This document shows, in pieces, positions 12,943 through 24,318 of a DNA stretch of 47,487 nucleotides (its first letter is position 1; each line of letters begins with the position of its first letter). The position numbers and the translations under genes are program-made. This DNA is from Paraglomus brasilianum. Taxonomy: Eukaryota. The notes beneath the pieces are model-generated. The model did no database searches and had not been told where the DNA came from. It was given only the letters and a program-made list of their open reading frames with translations. The stretch is taken from the NCBI GenBank assembly GCA_910592345.1, contig CAJVPI010000164.1:1-47487 (forward strand), written 5' to 3'.

Positions 12943-14059
12943 TAGTAAAGCCAAGATATTGAGGTTAGGAAAGCCCATTACTATCTGAGTATTTGCCATC
13001 ACTCTCGTGAATCCAATAGTTACCTGTGTTTAAATGTCAAATCATGCAAACTACCATTATTATTATACGCGTCCCACTTATCTGTTCAATTTCCTATAGC
13101 TCACGATGCTTAATAAACCGAAACGTTAAGCTTGATAGTATGCATGAATTGCTTAGCATACACCCGCCAAGGGTAAAAACAAAAGATTTGTGTACTTGTT
13201 ACGGATTTTCAATATATCGTGTATGCTACAAAAATTTATAATTTATTGTGACTGGCAGACAAAGAAAGAACAGTTGATTTTTCCGAAATCTCATTGAGAT
13301 TGAGCTCGCTTTCCTTACTACGGCTGTCTCATTAGTGGACATCTGTTCACTAGTTGGATCTTGGCGCTGAAAAGAAAATATCTGCTAAAGATTGCAAGCA
13401 AGCTCGTCTTTATGATCCAGATTTAATAATTAATAATACTAACCCCACAAATAATTGAGACATTTTACTTTATATCGATTTGCTAAATACGGGCTAATAC
13501 TAATCTAACAAAAAAACAACGGAATGATCACATAGTAATAGTAAGCGAAACTGAAATATTTTTCCGCGCTGGTAAAATTGTACTTGACGTACTATTCAAT
13601 CTAAAAAAGAATTCGCTGAGCTATTCCTGTAAATTCGCTGTCTCGTTTGCTGCTAGTCAGCTAAGACAAAGCTAAAAAGATTAATGAATTTAGAAGTATG
13701 CTGAGGTTATTTTAACAAGTTCAACTCTTTTACCTTTTAATCTTTTCAATTTTGTTATTATTTGACATTTTTGATATTGACAGCACGCAATGTAGTACTT
13801 GATTGGGGAAACATGGACTGCTAGCAAAGCGCCGCTCATCAGTAACGACTCTTATTAATGCGCATGTTAATAATGTGAAAATTCGTCCCCATAATTTTCG
13901 ACAATATCTTGAAAACTGCTATAAAAACGTGCTCGGCATTTTTTTGTGTGGCTTTTAAAATTAAATCACGCAAAGAGTAATAGTAATACCAAGTCACGGG
14001 AATAAAAATTGATTGAAAACGCATAAACCCTCCCCAATTGTCTCGTTCTTCTGAGAATT

Positions 14060-15010
14060 ATGCCTACTCTCCGCACTTACCGTCTTCTGTCACTTGTATC
14101 CCGCACTCCATCATATTCTCGCTTTTATGCAAGTTCAGCCTCTACAAGTGGAGTCTCACACCACGAAGAACATCAAGAGCCGCCGAATGACGAGCTGCCA
14201 AAAGAAGGTCAGTAGAGTGGGTGCTATCAGTCAAACGTGTGCCAAGGGACAGCCATTGCAGTTGATAGTTCGAATGTCTATTGCTTCTATAATGCTGATC
14301 GGCTGTATGATATAATATATAGGCTTTACGGGCAAAGCCTGGAGGAATTCGTTGATATTGGTAGCTATTGGAATTGTGTGGTATAATGTTGATAAATACT
14401 TTGTGAGGAGTCGTGAGGTATAAATGTTAAGACTAAGTATTTGTGATCAGGTATGATGTCGGAATGTATCTTGACTCTTCTGCCGTTGATTTAATTGTTT
14501 CGCACTCTTCTCTGTCAGAGTAAACATCCGATCACCGCGGTAAGCTTGTCAATTACACAGTAATATTACAATTGTAAAGCAGCATATTTTTTATCGATAC
14601 TCTTCGTTATATTTACCATCCTTTACCTTAGTGGATAGAATCGGGTATGATTCCAGAAACAGAGAGCAAACGGCGATCGAGTGAACATACGGCTCTAGTA
14701 ATAGAAGAAGCCAAGGATAAGTATGTATCCAACACGAGCGCGTGAAATGTATTAGATGCATATTTTTAGGTCAATTGAACGTAATAATCTACATTTCCAT
14801 AGGACGTTGTTTGGAGAAGCACAACTGCCACCAATCTACCGTTTCAGATTCCCAGAGTAAGTGCATAGAGAAAGCCAGCAGAACCGCATTTCATTCGTTT
14901 AACAAGCAATTCACTTGATCTATTGTAGGCAGTTTTACAAAGCTAGTCCTTTCGCGAAGGAATTGGGGGCGGAAGTTGATCTATCTGATTTGGTTGTTAG
15001 GAGTGATTAA
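14060..15010 (+). CDS. nuo17.8: Mitochondrial NADH:ubiquinone oxidoreductase (complex I) 17.8 kDa subunit homolog, 6 exons
   Basis: Spliced product: MPTLRTYRLLSLVSRTPSYSRFYASS (Arg/Ser-rich presequence)...HHEEHQEPPNDELPKE/GFTGKAWRNSLILVAIGIVWYNVDKYFVRSRE/SKHPITA/WIESGMIPETESKRRSSEHTALVIEEAKDK/TLFGEAQLPPIYRFRFPE/QFYKASPFAKELGAEVDLSDLVVRSD*. All introns are GT-AG and in phase. Matches the HT..AxDK.LF...FPE.F..SP pattern of the fungal 17.8 kDa subunit. Confidence 0.85.
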
Positions 15011-15259
15011 AACTAATAAAAAGAAACAGCTTCAAAGTCAAATGCTCTAATTTGTGCAAGTAGATTTTATTCTATTTATGTAAGTCTATGAACTTTTGCA
15101 TGATAAAAAAAAAGATTCTATTTAATTATTGGTAGAAGGGAATTTTTATGAAAATACAGCTGACTACAATATAGACGTCCTTATTTCGAAGAGGCGACCA
15201 CTAAAATAATAATTGATTCAATCATCACAATTTTCCACTTGTTGGAGGCATTGTTATAA

Positions 15260-18200
15260 CTACTCCTCTTGCTTCTTTTCCTTCTTTTCCTTCTTTTCTC
15301 TTCGCTTTGCAATATCCTTTGGTTTGTTGTTAGAAAAGAAGAATTTACATACTATTTCAACCAAGTATGATGCGAAGAAATCTCCCAAGATCGTGGCCGT
15401 GAGTTTCATTTGAAACTAAAGAAATGCATTAGTCAACAATAGTCTTTAAATTACTGTGATAAACTTTATAACATTTACCTCTGTTGTCATTGGAACCAGT
15501 TGTAGCGCAGAGTTGACTTCTGGTACAAATTCAGTGGCACCGGAGAGAGCGATTCCGCCAACACTCAACAAACCATAATATAGTGTTTTATTTTCTTGAA
15601 GACTTTCTCTGAATGGATGGCCCTGAGTATACATTATCATCATGAGTTGTTGATTCATTTACATGATACGCCAATTTTATGACAACTTGAACACGCGTAC
15701 CTGATAATTTATAGCAAACGTAGCGACTTGCATTGATAACGATATCAAATATACGGCTGTGTTCAGCAGGCTAGGCTCAAATTCGCCTTCCAAATCAACT
15801 TCCTTTCGTCTAAAATTTGTCATTTCGCATTATTAAAGGAAAGCGAAATATCTTCGTGTACATGTATGAGAACAACAGACGATTGTACTTACGGTTCATG
15901 TTTATAGACCAAGTCGAGAATGTACACAAGGGATGCGATGTGAATAGCAAATTGACCAAGAATCGATAATATTATGTAGAAATTGAATATATTTGCTTGC
16001 GGTCGTTCTTTGGATAATTTTTCAATCGGCTATTTGAGAGAACAAATGAAAAATGAGCGAGCAGCTTATTAACATAGTCGAACTAAATGGACACGTACCT
16101 TTGCTTTTGAGATGCATAGGAAACAAACAGCTAGTAGTATTCCTGATATCGTAACTTGTCTGGAAATTGAGCAACAATGAGGTTTAACGGTCAAATATCA
16201 AGTCGAATGACACCAATATGTTATCCATTTATGACTTACAGATCACCATATTTAAAGCCCTCCAAATAAAGAACACTCAGACTGTAAGCGGAAATCAGAC
16301 AATTTAATGCCAGAATCTTGTACATTTGAATAGTAGCAACGAGTGTGCAGCGTCCTTGTCTAACAATATTACTGACTGTAAGACGAAGATATATCATATT
16401 GGTGAGCCACGACTAACGGAATACTTAATAATCACTGAACAGGAATAATTGTAAATTACTTACTTGCTACAACATTTGCGAGTTTTGAAGTAAACGGCGC
16501 CGCAACAGAAGCGTCACCCAGTTTAATAGTCGGCGGCTCATCATCAAGGTTCTGTAATTGTTCCATCATTTGTTCCACCTAATTATAAAACCAAAGGAAA
16601 ATTTAGTCTCAATAAAATACTCTCCTTACCTAATTGATTCATCATACCGAAGGAGTCTGAGGATTTCTCCGTTGCTGTCCATTTTGCCGGGTCGCCTGTT
16701 GTCGAGCTTGCTGTGGATACAGATGAGCAATGGCTGGTGGGGGTGGTGGTGGTGGCATGTTGAACTTTGCTGTAAACTGGAGCTGTTTTTCGTACATATC
16801 CTTTAATCTTTGCATCTTCTGATGTTCAGCGATCTTCTTAAGATCTTCCGGTTTGCCGTCCAGTAAGGCAACGCCTATGTGTGCTTGTTTTAATGCTCCG
16901 ACGTCGTTTGTACCATCACCACACATTAATGTCGTATAACCGAATTGTTTAAGGCTTGTTAGGATAAACTCCTGGATTGGTTGTGAACGGTTAAACAATA
17001 TTTTGTTAAAGCACTTAACAATCATATGCTTTCAATCGGCTTACCTTCTGTCCGGGTGATACTCGGGCATATACCCATGTATTGATTAATAAGTCTTTGA
17101 CTAACGGTTTGTTCTCATATTGAGCCAATGCCGCGCCTGTGACACATATATCGTAGTCACGGAAGATAGCTTTATCAAACGGCTCGGCAGAATTTACATG
17201 GATAATTTTGGTTTCGTCGACCGATTTCCATACAAGTTCTAAAACAAAAGTGTCTGGTAAGTTCTGGTGCATAAAGAGTCGTAAAATTGAACAAACATTG
17301 TGAACAGTCCTATAGCCTAACCTTCTTTATTCTCTTCTTCGTGATAATCAAGTATCAAGACATCTCGCTCGACTATCTCTACTTCCTTGGCGATATGAAC
17401 AGCTGTCAATGGATTGTCTCCAGTTATCATGATAGTCTATGAATTAAAGGATTAAGATTTCACAATATGTTCAACATTTAGTATTCGACAAGTAATTTGT
17501 CGGCGCCTCCCACCAATCATAAGTAAATTACTTACGCGATGAGAAGACTCATTCAACATCTTCACAGTCGAGGCAGCATCTTCTTTCAATGGGCATTGGA
17601 AAATCAAAAATCCAGCAAAAACAAGACCATTCTCAACCTCGTCTCGCGAAAGATCATTTATCTAAAAACAAGATACGTGAAAATTTAATGTATGTTACAT
17701 AGCTAACATTTGATGTGTTTATGTTTTTACCTCATCAGCGGACAACTCTTTCTCAATATATTTATATCCCAAAGCCAGCACACGACTTCCTCTCCGAGTA
17801 AAAAATTTATAAGTCGTTTCATAATCGTCAGGCACGTAATTACACTTGTGTCTAATTATCTCGGGTGCACCCTTGGCAGCCACAAAAACCTTTGATCCTC
17901 TGGGAGTAGGCATAGTAGAAACACTAGACATACGCTTAAGGGCAGATGAGAACTGGAATCGACGTCTGATTCGAAGAGCGGAGCGTTGTTGAAATTTGTG
18001 GGATTGGTTATTTGCTGGAGTGACAACATCGCCTATATAATTGGTTGGCATTATTAAACCCCACGTATATTCGTTATATTCTACAATCACTTTCTTGACA
18101 TACCTTTACCGAGTTTCCATTCGAGCGCTTCAAGGGTGGCCTTTTCCATTGGATCGCCAACAATTTCGTCGTCATCAAGCAAGACTAGTGCATGTGCCGT

Positions 18201-20807
18201 TGCAAGCGTTTGAATAGTGTTTCGGAGTGCTTCTGTCGGTTTTACCAGTGTCAATGGATCCTCAGGACTAGCAATTACGTGATATAAGTAAGCACACATT
18301 CAAGGAGACGAGTAGTCAAAATATTACGTGCAATAGTAAATTTACTCACTATATTCCGGCTATTCCTTCCACTACGAGATCTTCGCGTGTCAATGTACCA
18401 GTCTTGTCAAATGCACAAATATCAATTTTGCCAGCATATGGGATTCTAAAAGGCTCGGTGCAGTAAATTGCTTAAAAGGCGTGTAAAATCAGTAATTAGC
18501 GAGAGATATTAATATATTCTACATAACATATAAAATACTGCATCTCACCATAACGAGCTAATGCCACTAGAGAAGTATTTACTGCCAATGACAGTTCCAT
18601 CGGTAATTCGGGCGGAACGACAGAAGTAATAATCATGATGCACTCTAATATTAATTTTGATCGTTTTCTATCGACTTTCACGCCTGAATGTCGGAACAAT
18701 CACAAAGGCGTTAATTTTCTATTGTGAAGTGCGATATCTGATTCTTGTACTAAAAAATTATCATCATACCTTCGTTCCATACATAACCAGCAGCAGTAAG
18801 TGCAAATATGAGCAAGAATACAATAAAGAAGAAAGCCTCCAAATTGTTGGCAGACACATGTTCAGTGCTGAATACCATAGTCCGCACGAGTTTTCCTTGA
18901 GCTGTTCCAAACCCAGTACGAAGCACAACAGCCAAACACCCGCCATCGGGAGCTGATTAAAGTGAAGTTGGAAGAACATGTGGATTGGTCAAGCGAGAAA
19001 TTAGTAAAAGTGAGAATAAAAAAGGGGGTCTGAAATTTATTCTCTTGTTTATTTAATAATAATAGCTACCTGACAGAGGATCTTCCCTTGGAGGTGGAGT
19101 TACTTGGAGTACCTTGGTGCCTCCAAATAACATACTGTTCTTATCGGTAACATTCATGTCAAGGATGTCATTTCCGTTACGAAGATTAATCGATTCCTGT
19201 ACGTGAATAACCGCATTAATAATAGTTGGTTTTTATATCATGGTGTTTCGTTGCAATTACATTCATTATGAGGGTCGCGGGTATCGAATATGTATTTAAT
19301 CATTGCAACCACAGTTATTAATCCTAACCTTTAATAGTGGTGTAGATTCTCCTGATAACATAGCCTCATTCACTATACATGAACCGTTTATTAGAATCAT
19401 ATCGCATGGAACTCCACTCTCCCCGTCCGTGCGAACTAAAATCAAGCGGATATTAGTATATCAGACTTAAACCGAAAACTCTTTCGACGACAGGCGACAT
19501 ACCAACGGATGCCAAGTCACCAGGAAGTAATTCATCTGAATTCACTGTTATCCAACGATGCTGACGTCTCACGTGGATAGGATAAGGTTTAATAGACATT
19601 GTGCGAAATTCATTCAGTGTTTTCAGCCGCTAAATCAATGAGCACGATAACATCACCGGAAAGTGTTAGAACTTGGAGTTTTAAACCATGATCCGAATAT
19701 TTCCATAGACCATTAGAAGCATGAAATTACCTGAAATACGACAGTCGACTCAAAGATTACCAACATAATCAAAGTAAATACAGAATAGTACCAATATTCA
19801 TCAATGACCCATAAACCAACGCAAAAAAGCTGAAACACGAAGAATGGGGCGACAGCGTGCTCCTTGAACAATTGACGGAATGTCGGTACAGGTATATCGA
19901 AGCTGATTCAATCGGACGTCATTGATAATTAGACAACGAGGCAATATAGCAAAATGAACGACAAATCAATTAACGTCGCCCATACCGATTGAAACCATAT
20001 TTCTCCCTTGCAGCATCAACCTCTTGACGTGTTTCTAATCCTTGACTACGTTGATACGTTGAAAGAATCGGTTGAAGATCATTCGGGTATAAGAGCTTAC
20101 TGAAATACTTCTTATCTTCATTCCATATGTATTTCTTTCTTTGATAAAAGAAGGAAATCTCTCCATTCTATAATGATAGGAGAAGGGAGTTAACAGACCA
20201 GTTTGCGATTGAGACGATATACGTATTAAGAAAAAAGGCATACCTTGTAATGATTAATAGGACACAATTCACCTTTACCCTTATGGGGAGTAGGAATAAT
20301 CTTGATGACTTTTGCATTCTGAACGTCAGTCTCCTAAAAAAAAAAAAAAAGGCGAGAATGTTTCACCATAAGCCATGCATATCGAATCTCCAAACAAATA
20401 GTATGTACTGCTCTATTCCGAAACCATTTATAGGATTGAAAACTCACCGAAGCTTTTCTGCATGTAAAGAATGCTTTCAGCCTCACACTCCATTGACAAG
20501 TCAAAAATATTAAGGCGTTTGCCGTAAGCAATGTCCCGAGCGTTAGGAAAGTGTATTCTTCTGATCTGATAAATTCATCATACGCAAAAAAGTACAAATA
20601 GCTCCATAAAGGATAAAGGATCGCAAATGGCCACACATAAGCGTGCCATTTGAGTGGACGTGGTATATGCAAGGATGATTCTCGTATCGATTTAGAGTTC
20701 ACCAGTCTTACGCGAGAGCTAGTTGTAAAACAATAGAGGAGAAAATTAGAGACAGATAAAAAGATGGTTGAGTGTTAGAATGCGTAAATCAATTACTTGG
20801 CCGACAA
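15260..20807 (-). CDS. SPF1: P5A-type ATPase (ER transmembrane-helix dislocase), many short exons; start codon uncertain
   Basis: Motifs [115 protein letters not shown] and [13 protein letters not shown]-terminus ...KKEKKQEE* ends at 15260. Confidence 0.97.
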
Positions 20808-20868
20808 TTAGTAAATCAAAGAACTAACAAGTCAATGGCTGATCATAGTCTCAACCAGTAAAAATGAA

Positions 20869-21915
20869 TCATAAAATAACACCCGGGTATACATACACAC
20901 GCTTACTCCTTATCAACCATATTCCAATAAATAATAGCAACACAGCAACAACTACAGTGACGGCAGTAACTTCAATCCAGTATTCTCGCAAGTACTCCTG
21001 CAAGTACTCCAGATAATCCTGCGAATGTTCCAGGCTCTCGTTCACAATGCTCTCGCCTGCAAAGTCGTCGTTTACATTCTCCTTCTCAAGCTCCTCAGGC
21101 TCAGGCTCAGGCTCCTCAGGCTCTTTACTTACACCCCATGCGGTACACAAGTAGTCTATAAATTTCTCTTGAGTCTCTTGGGAAACTAGAAAAGTCAGCG
21201 CTTCCAACGTTGGTTTATCACACAAATTCATTAGGTGATTTATTAAACCTTGTGATAATTAAAACTGTATTTTATTGTACTCGAATTGCAAGCACCGAAT
21301 CTGATCTACAAGCTGTAAAGAAAATAAGCTTGTTCTAAAGATATTTCTGTGCTCGCATATGCTAACTGACCAAATGTTAGGTAACACAGAAACGCGTCAT
21401 TATGCAAGTTTGGCCAATTATAAACAATCGAAGGTTTGTCGGTTCCCGCATATTGTTTACATTTTGTTATTAAAATGTCGATGACAAAATACAAAGATAT
21501 TCATGCACAGCAGCGAAATGGTTATTATTTCTTTTGCGTAATCCATGAGAATCCGTTCTATATCGCTGTTCAGTATTAATCACACATTACATCTCAAAGT
21601 TCATAAATGTAGAGAAAATGTTGCATACTAATACGTAAAGGGTTTTTCATACATATATATATTCCCATCCTTTTCTTGGATTGGGTTTCTATGAGAATCT
21701 CCATGTGTTTAGCATTGGACACTTATTATCCCACGGCAAAACAGTACTGCGAATTTTTCTGAAAGTATATTAATGTTAATATTGATATTAATCCATACAT
21801 GCCATGTTTTTCAAGTATTCTCTTTTTTGTCAACATTGAAGTTCCCCCTTGGTTTAATCGTTTTCTTTCTCTGTCTGCTTGTCTTTAATCTAGATATACT
21901 CAAGTGCTAGTCATG
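20869..21915 (-). pseudogene. Probably decayed multi-exon gene for a C-terminally anchored membrane protein
   Basis: ORF 20869-21231 has an acidic EPE repeat, a hydrophobic TM (WIEVTAVTVVVAVLLLFIGIWLI) and a GTAAGC donor. Upstream exon-like pieces carry splice signals but contain in-frame stops. Confidence 0.4.
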
Positions 21916-21924
21916 TATGGCACC

Positions 21925-22680
21925 ATGATATTCGCCCAGAAACTTTTTGAAATTCCGATTTTGTCAAAAATGATCGACCAAAACGGAACAGGGAAGCTCA
22001 CGAAAAGTTCGTAGCCATTGACCCTGGGGTGCAAACCCCGTTCGTCACGTACTCACCTACTGAAGGTGTAACAGAAATTGGAAAGAAATTAGTTCGATTA
22101 GGGTTACACACCGACAGGTTTAGTTCCCAGAGAGATATTCTAAAACAATTCCACGTCAAAGCGAAAAAAAAAAAAAGAAAGGCGAAGAGATTAGATGCGC
22201 GATCGCGAGAATCTTTCGAAAGATCAAAAATCTACGTAATGAGCTTCACAAGAAAACGGTGAATCACTTGGTCCAAAACTATGTCGTGATCATAACTGAA
22301 TTCGATGTAAAGAACATGGTGAAACGAGATTGACGAAAAATCAATTCGAAAGTGGTTCGGAGCATGCTCACCTGGTCACATTATGCATTCCGGCAGCGGC
22401 TGAAACACAAGGCCGAGGAAACAGGCGCGATGGTAATCATCCAGGATGAGGCGTACACCTCCAAGACCTACAGCAATTGTGGAAACATACAAAACATCGG
22501 CGGAAGAAGAGTTTATAAATGCGGAAACTGTCATACGGTTATGGGCAGGGACGTAAATATAAACGGAGCCCGCGGGATCCGCGGGATCTTCCTACGGGCG
22601 TTGCTTGATGGAGCCATCCACATGTGGATGTAAGAATTGATGATCTAACGATTATTAATGATATATTAAAATCCATCCGT
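21925..22680 (+). mobile_element. tnpB: Fanzor2/IS607-TnpB relic, C-terminal RuvC and Zn-finger half (pseudogene)
   Basis: RuvC-I FVAIDPGV (D at 22020), bridge region KIKNLRNELHKKTVNHLV, RuvC-II region IITEFDVKNMV, MLTWSHYAFRQRLKHKAEE, EAYTSKT(Y)SNCG...YKCGNC (CxxC-CxxC, first Cys lost), RuvC-III RDVNINGARGI. Frameshifts and a stop are present. Confidence 0.92.
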
Positions 22681-22686
22681 ACTACA

Positions 22687-23120
22687 CAGTGAACCTGGAT
22701 ATAACGAAGTGGTCTGTTCCGCTACTTTTATTCACTATATCCAGGTTTCGTTATATCCAGGTTTCCTCTTTATAAGGAAGTATCAATCACGTGCCATTTG
22801 TATTACTCGCCAATTTTCGATATAATGATAGTGAATTTAGACTAATACTAATACTAATACTAAAGCAAATTTATTGTAAACCGACTAGTACTACACATCA
22901 ACATTTGTCGTACTAATTCTACACTTGTTTGAGAGATTTTTTGGAAAAAGTGATTATAACAGAATTATCAACATTCAAACATACGAGATTAGACTTTAAG
23001 TATGAAGTTCGTGACGAAATTATAACGAACTTTATTATAATACAGTATAATATAGTGAAGTTCGTTATATTCTTATTAGTTGACAGATTTAAAACTTTGT
23101 TATAGCCAGTAACCAGGTTT
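22687..23120. mobile_element. Truncated pogo/Tigger-like MITE
   Basis: Starts cagtgaacctggatataacga with subterminal repeats tatatccaggtttcgttatatccaggttt, similar in style to the MITE at 42964. The right end is eroded. Confidence 0.55.
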
Positions 23121-24318
23121 TCCTAAATTAACTTCGTTAGTAGTAAAACCAACTCGAATAACTTGATTTGTCGATTTATTATTACTGATCGGGCAACAAA
23201 AATTGAAGACGCGAAAATCTGTTTCGCGTAAAGCTGGAGCTCATTTTGAATCGCAAACGCGAAATGAAGCAGGACATAATACCTTATAAAGTGTTCTGTG
23301 CTTTATATATTCAATGGCTGGGAATTGGCCTATAACCTAGTTAGTCATTTAATAATATACTCGCCATACAATCGAAATCTTCATTCTTTTAAACGCTGCC
23401 GTATGCGACATATTACAAAATGTACGTTCCTGCTAACGAATTTGACACAAACTATTCAAATAGATCTCGACGAGCACAGAGTATCTCAACGGAAAGTGGT
23501 GCGGAACGCGTGCTTTGAAAAGATGGGGTTTTAGGTAGGTCACCACAATCATTAAGCCATGGATGAAAATATTATAGATATACCGACGTGGGAAGTTCAT
23601 TCAAATAAACAAAAGTATATCTATATATGTATGTATATATATACGTATATATATATATTGTATATGGACAGAAACCATGTACAGTAAAAATCAAAAGAAT
23701 ATGTTCAAAGAAAAAAAATATAAAGTTTGTATAAAGAAGAAGAAGAAGAAGAAGAAGTTTCCTCCCTGTACAGACAGGAGCAGATAAATTCTATTACTGC
23801 TATTCAGCAGGGACGAAACAGAAAACGACTTGTCGTAAATTAGGGGAAGGTCAAAGAAGAAATAAAAATAATAATATAAAAAGTTCATGCAATATTTGCA
23901 ATACTAAGTGGAAAACAACCATTGTTTCGGTTGTCCTCGAATAATCAATATAACATTATGTGCCCGACATCTACGCCAAATACTACAGAAGCCAAGAAGA
24001 AATATATAGAAAATAAATTCTACAATTCAGAAGAAAAACTATAGTAAAGACACTCTTCTAAGAGTGCCGAGTATGAAATAGGTACAAATGAAGTGGATAT
24101 TATCAAAAGCCAAAGATACATATACATTACAATAATAAACAAATCTCTTCTAAAAAAGTCTTTGGACTTCTCTTTCTTACATTCGCATAGCGGAACTGAA
24201 AGCCAATTTTTAACGACATGACTGTAACCGAACTCACAAAGACTATAATAGAAAGAACAATAAAATAACAGCTATATCATACAACTACCCTCGCCACCAC
24301 GTCATTCAATCTTGATAT

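Noticed and set aside
15010..15250. Puf3 binding element in the complex I subunit 3' UTR (functional link with neighbouring PUF3)
   Set aside because: No TGTAHATA found on the sense strand, so the proximity is probably coincidental.
23600..24318. Autoregulatory Pumilio elements in the PUF3 3' UTR
   Set aside because: Only imperfect TGTA-containing matches within AT-repeat sequence; no exact sense-strand TGTAHATA seen.
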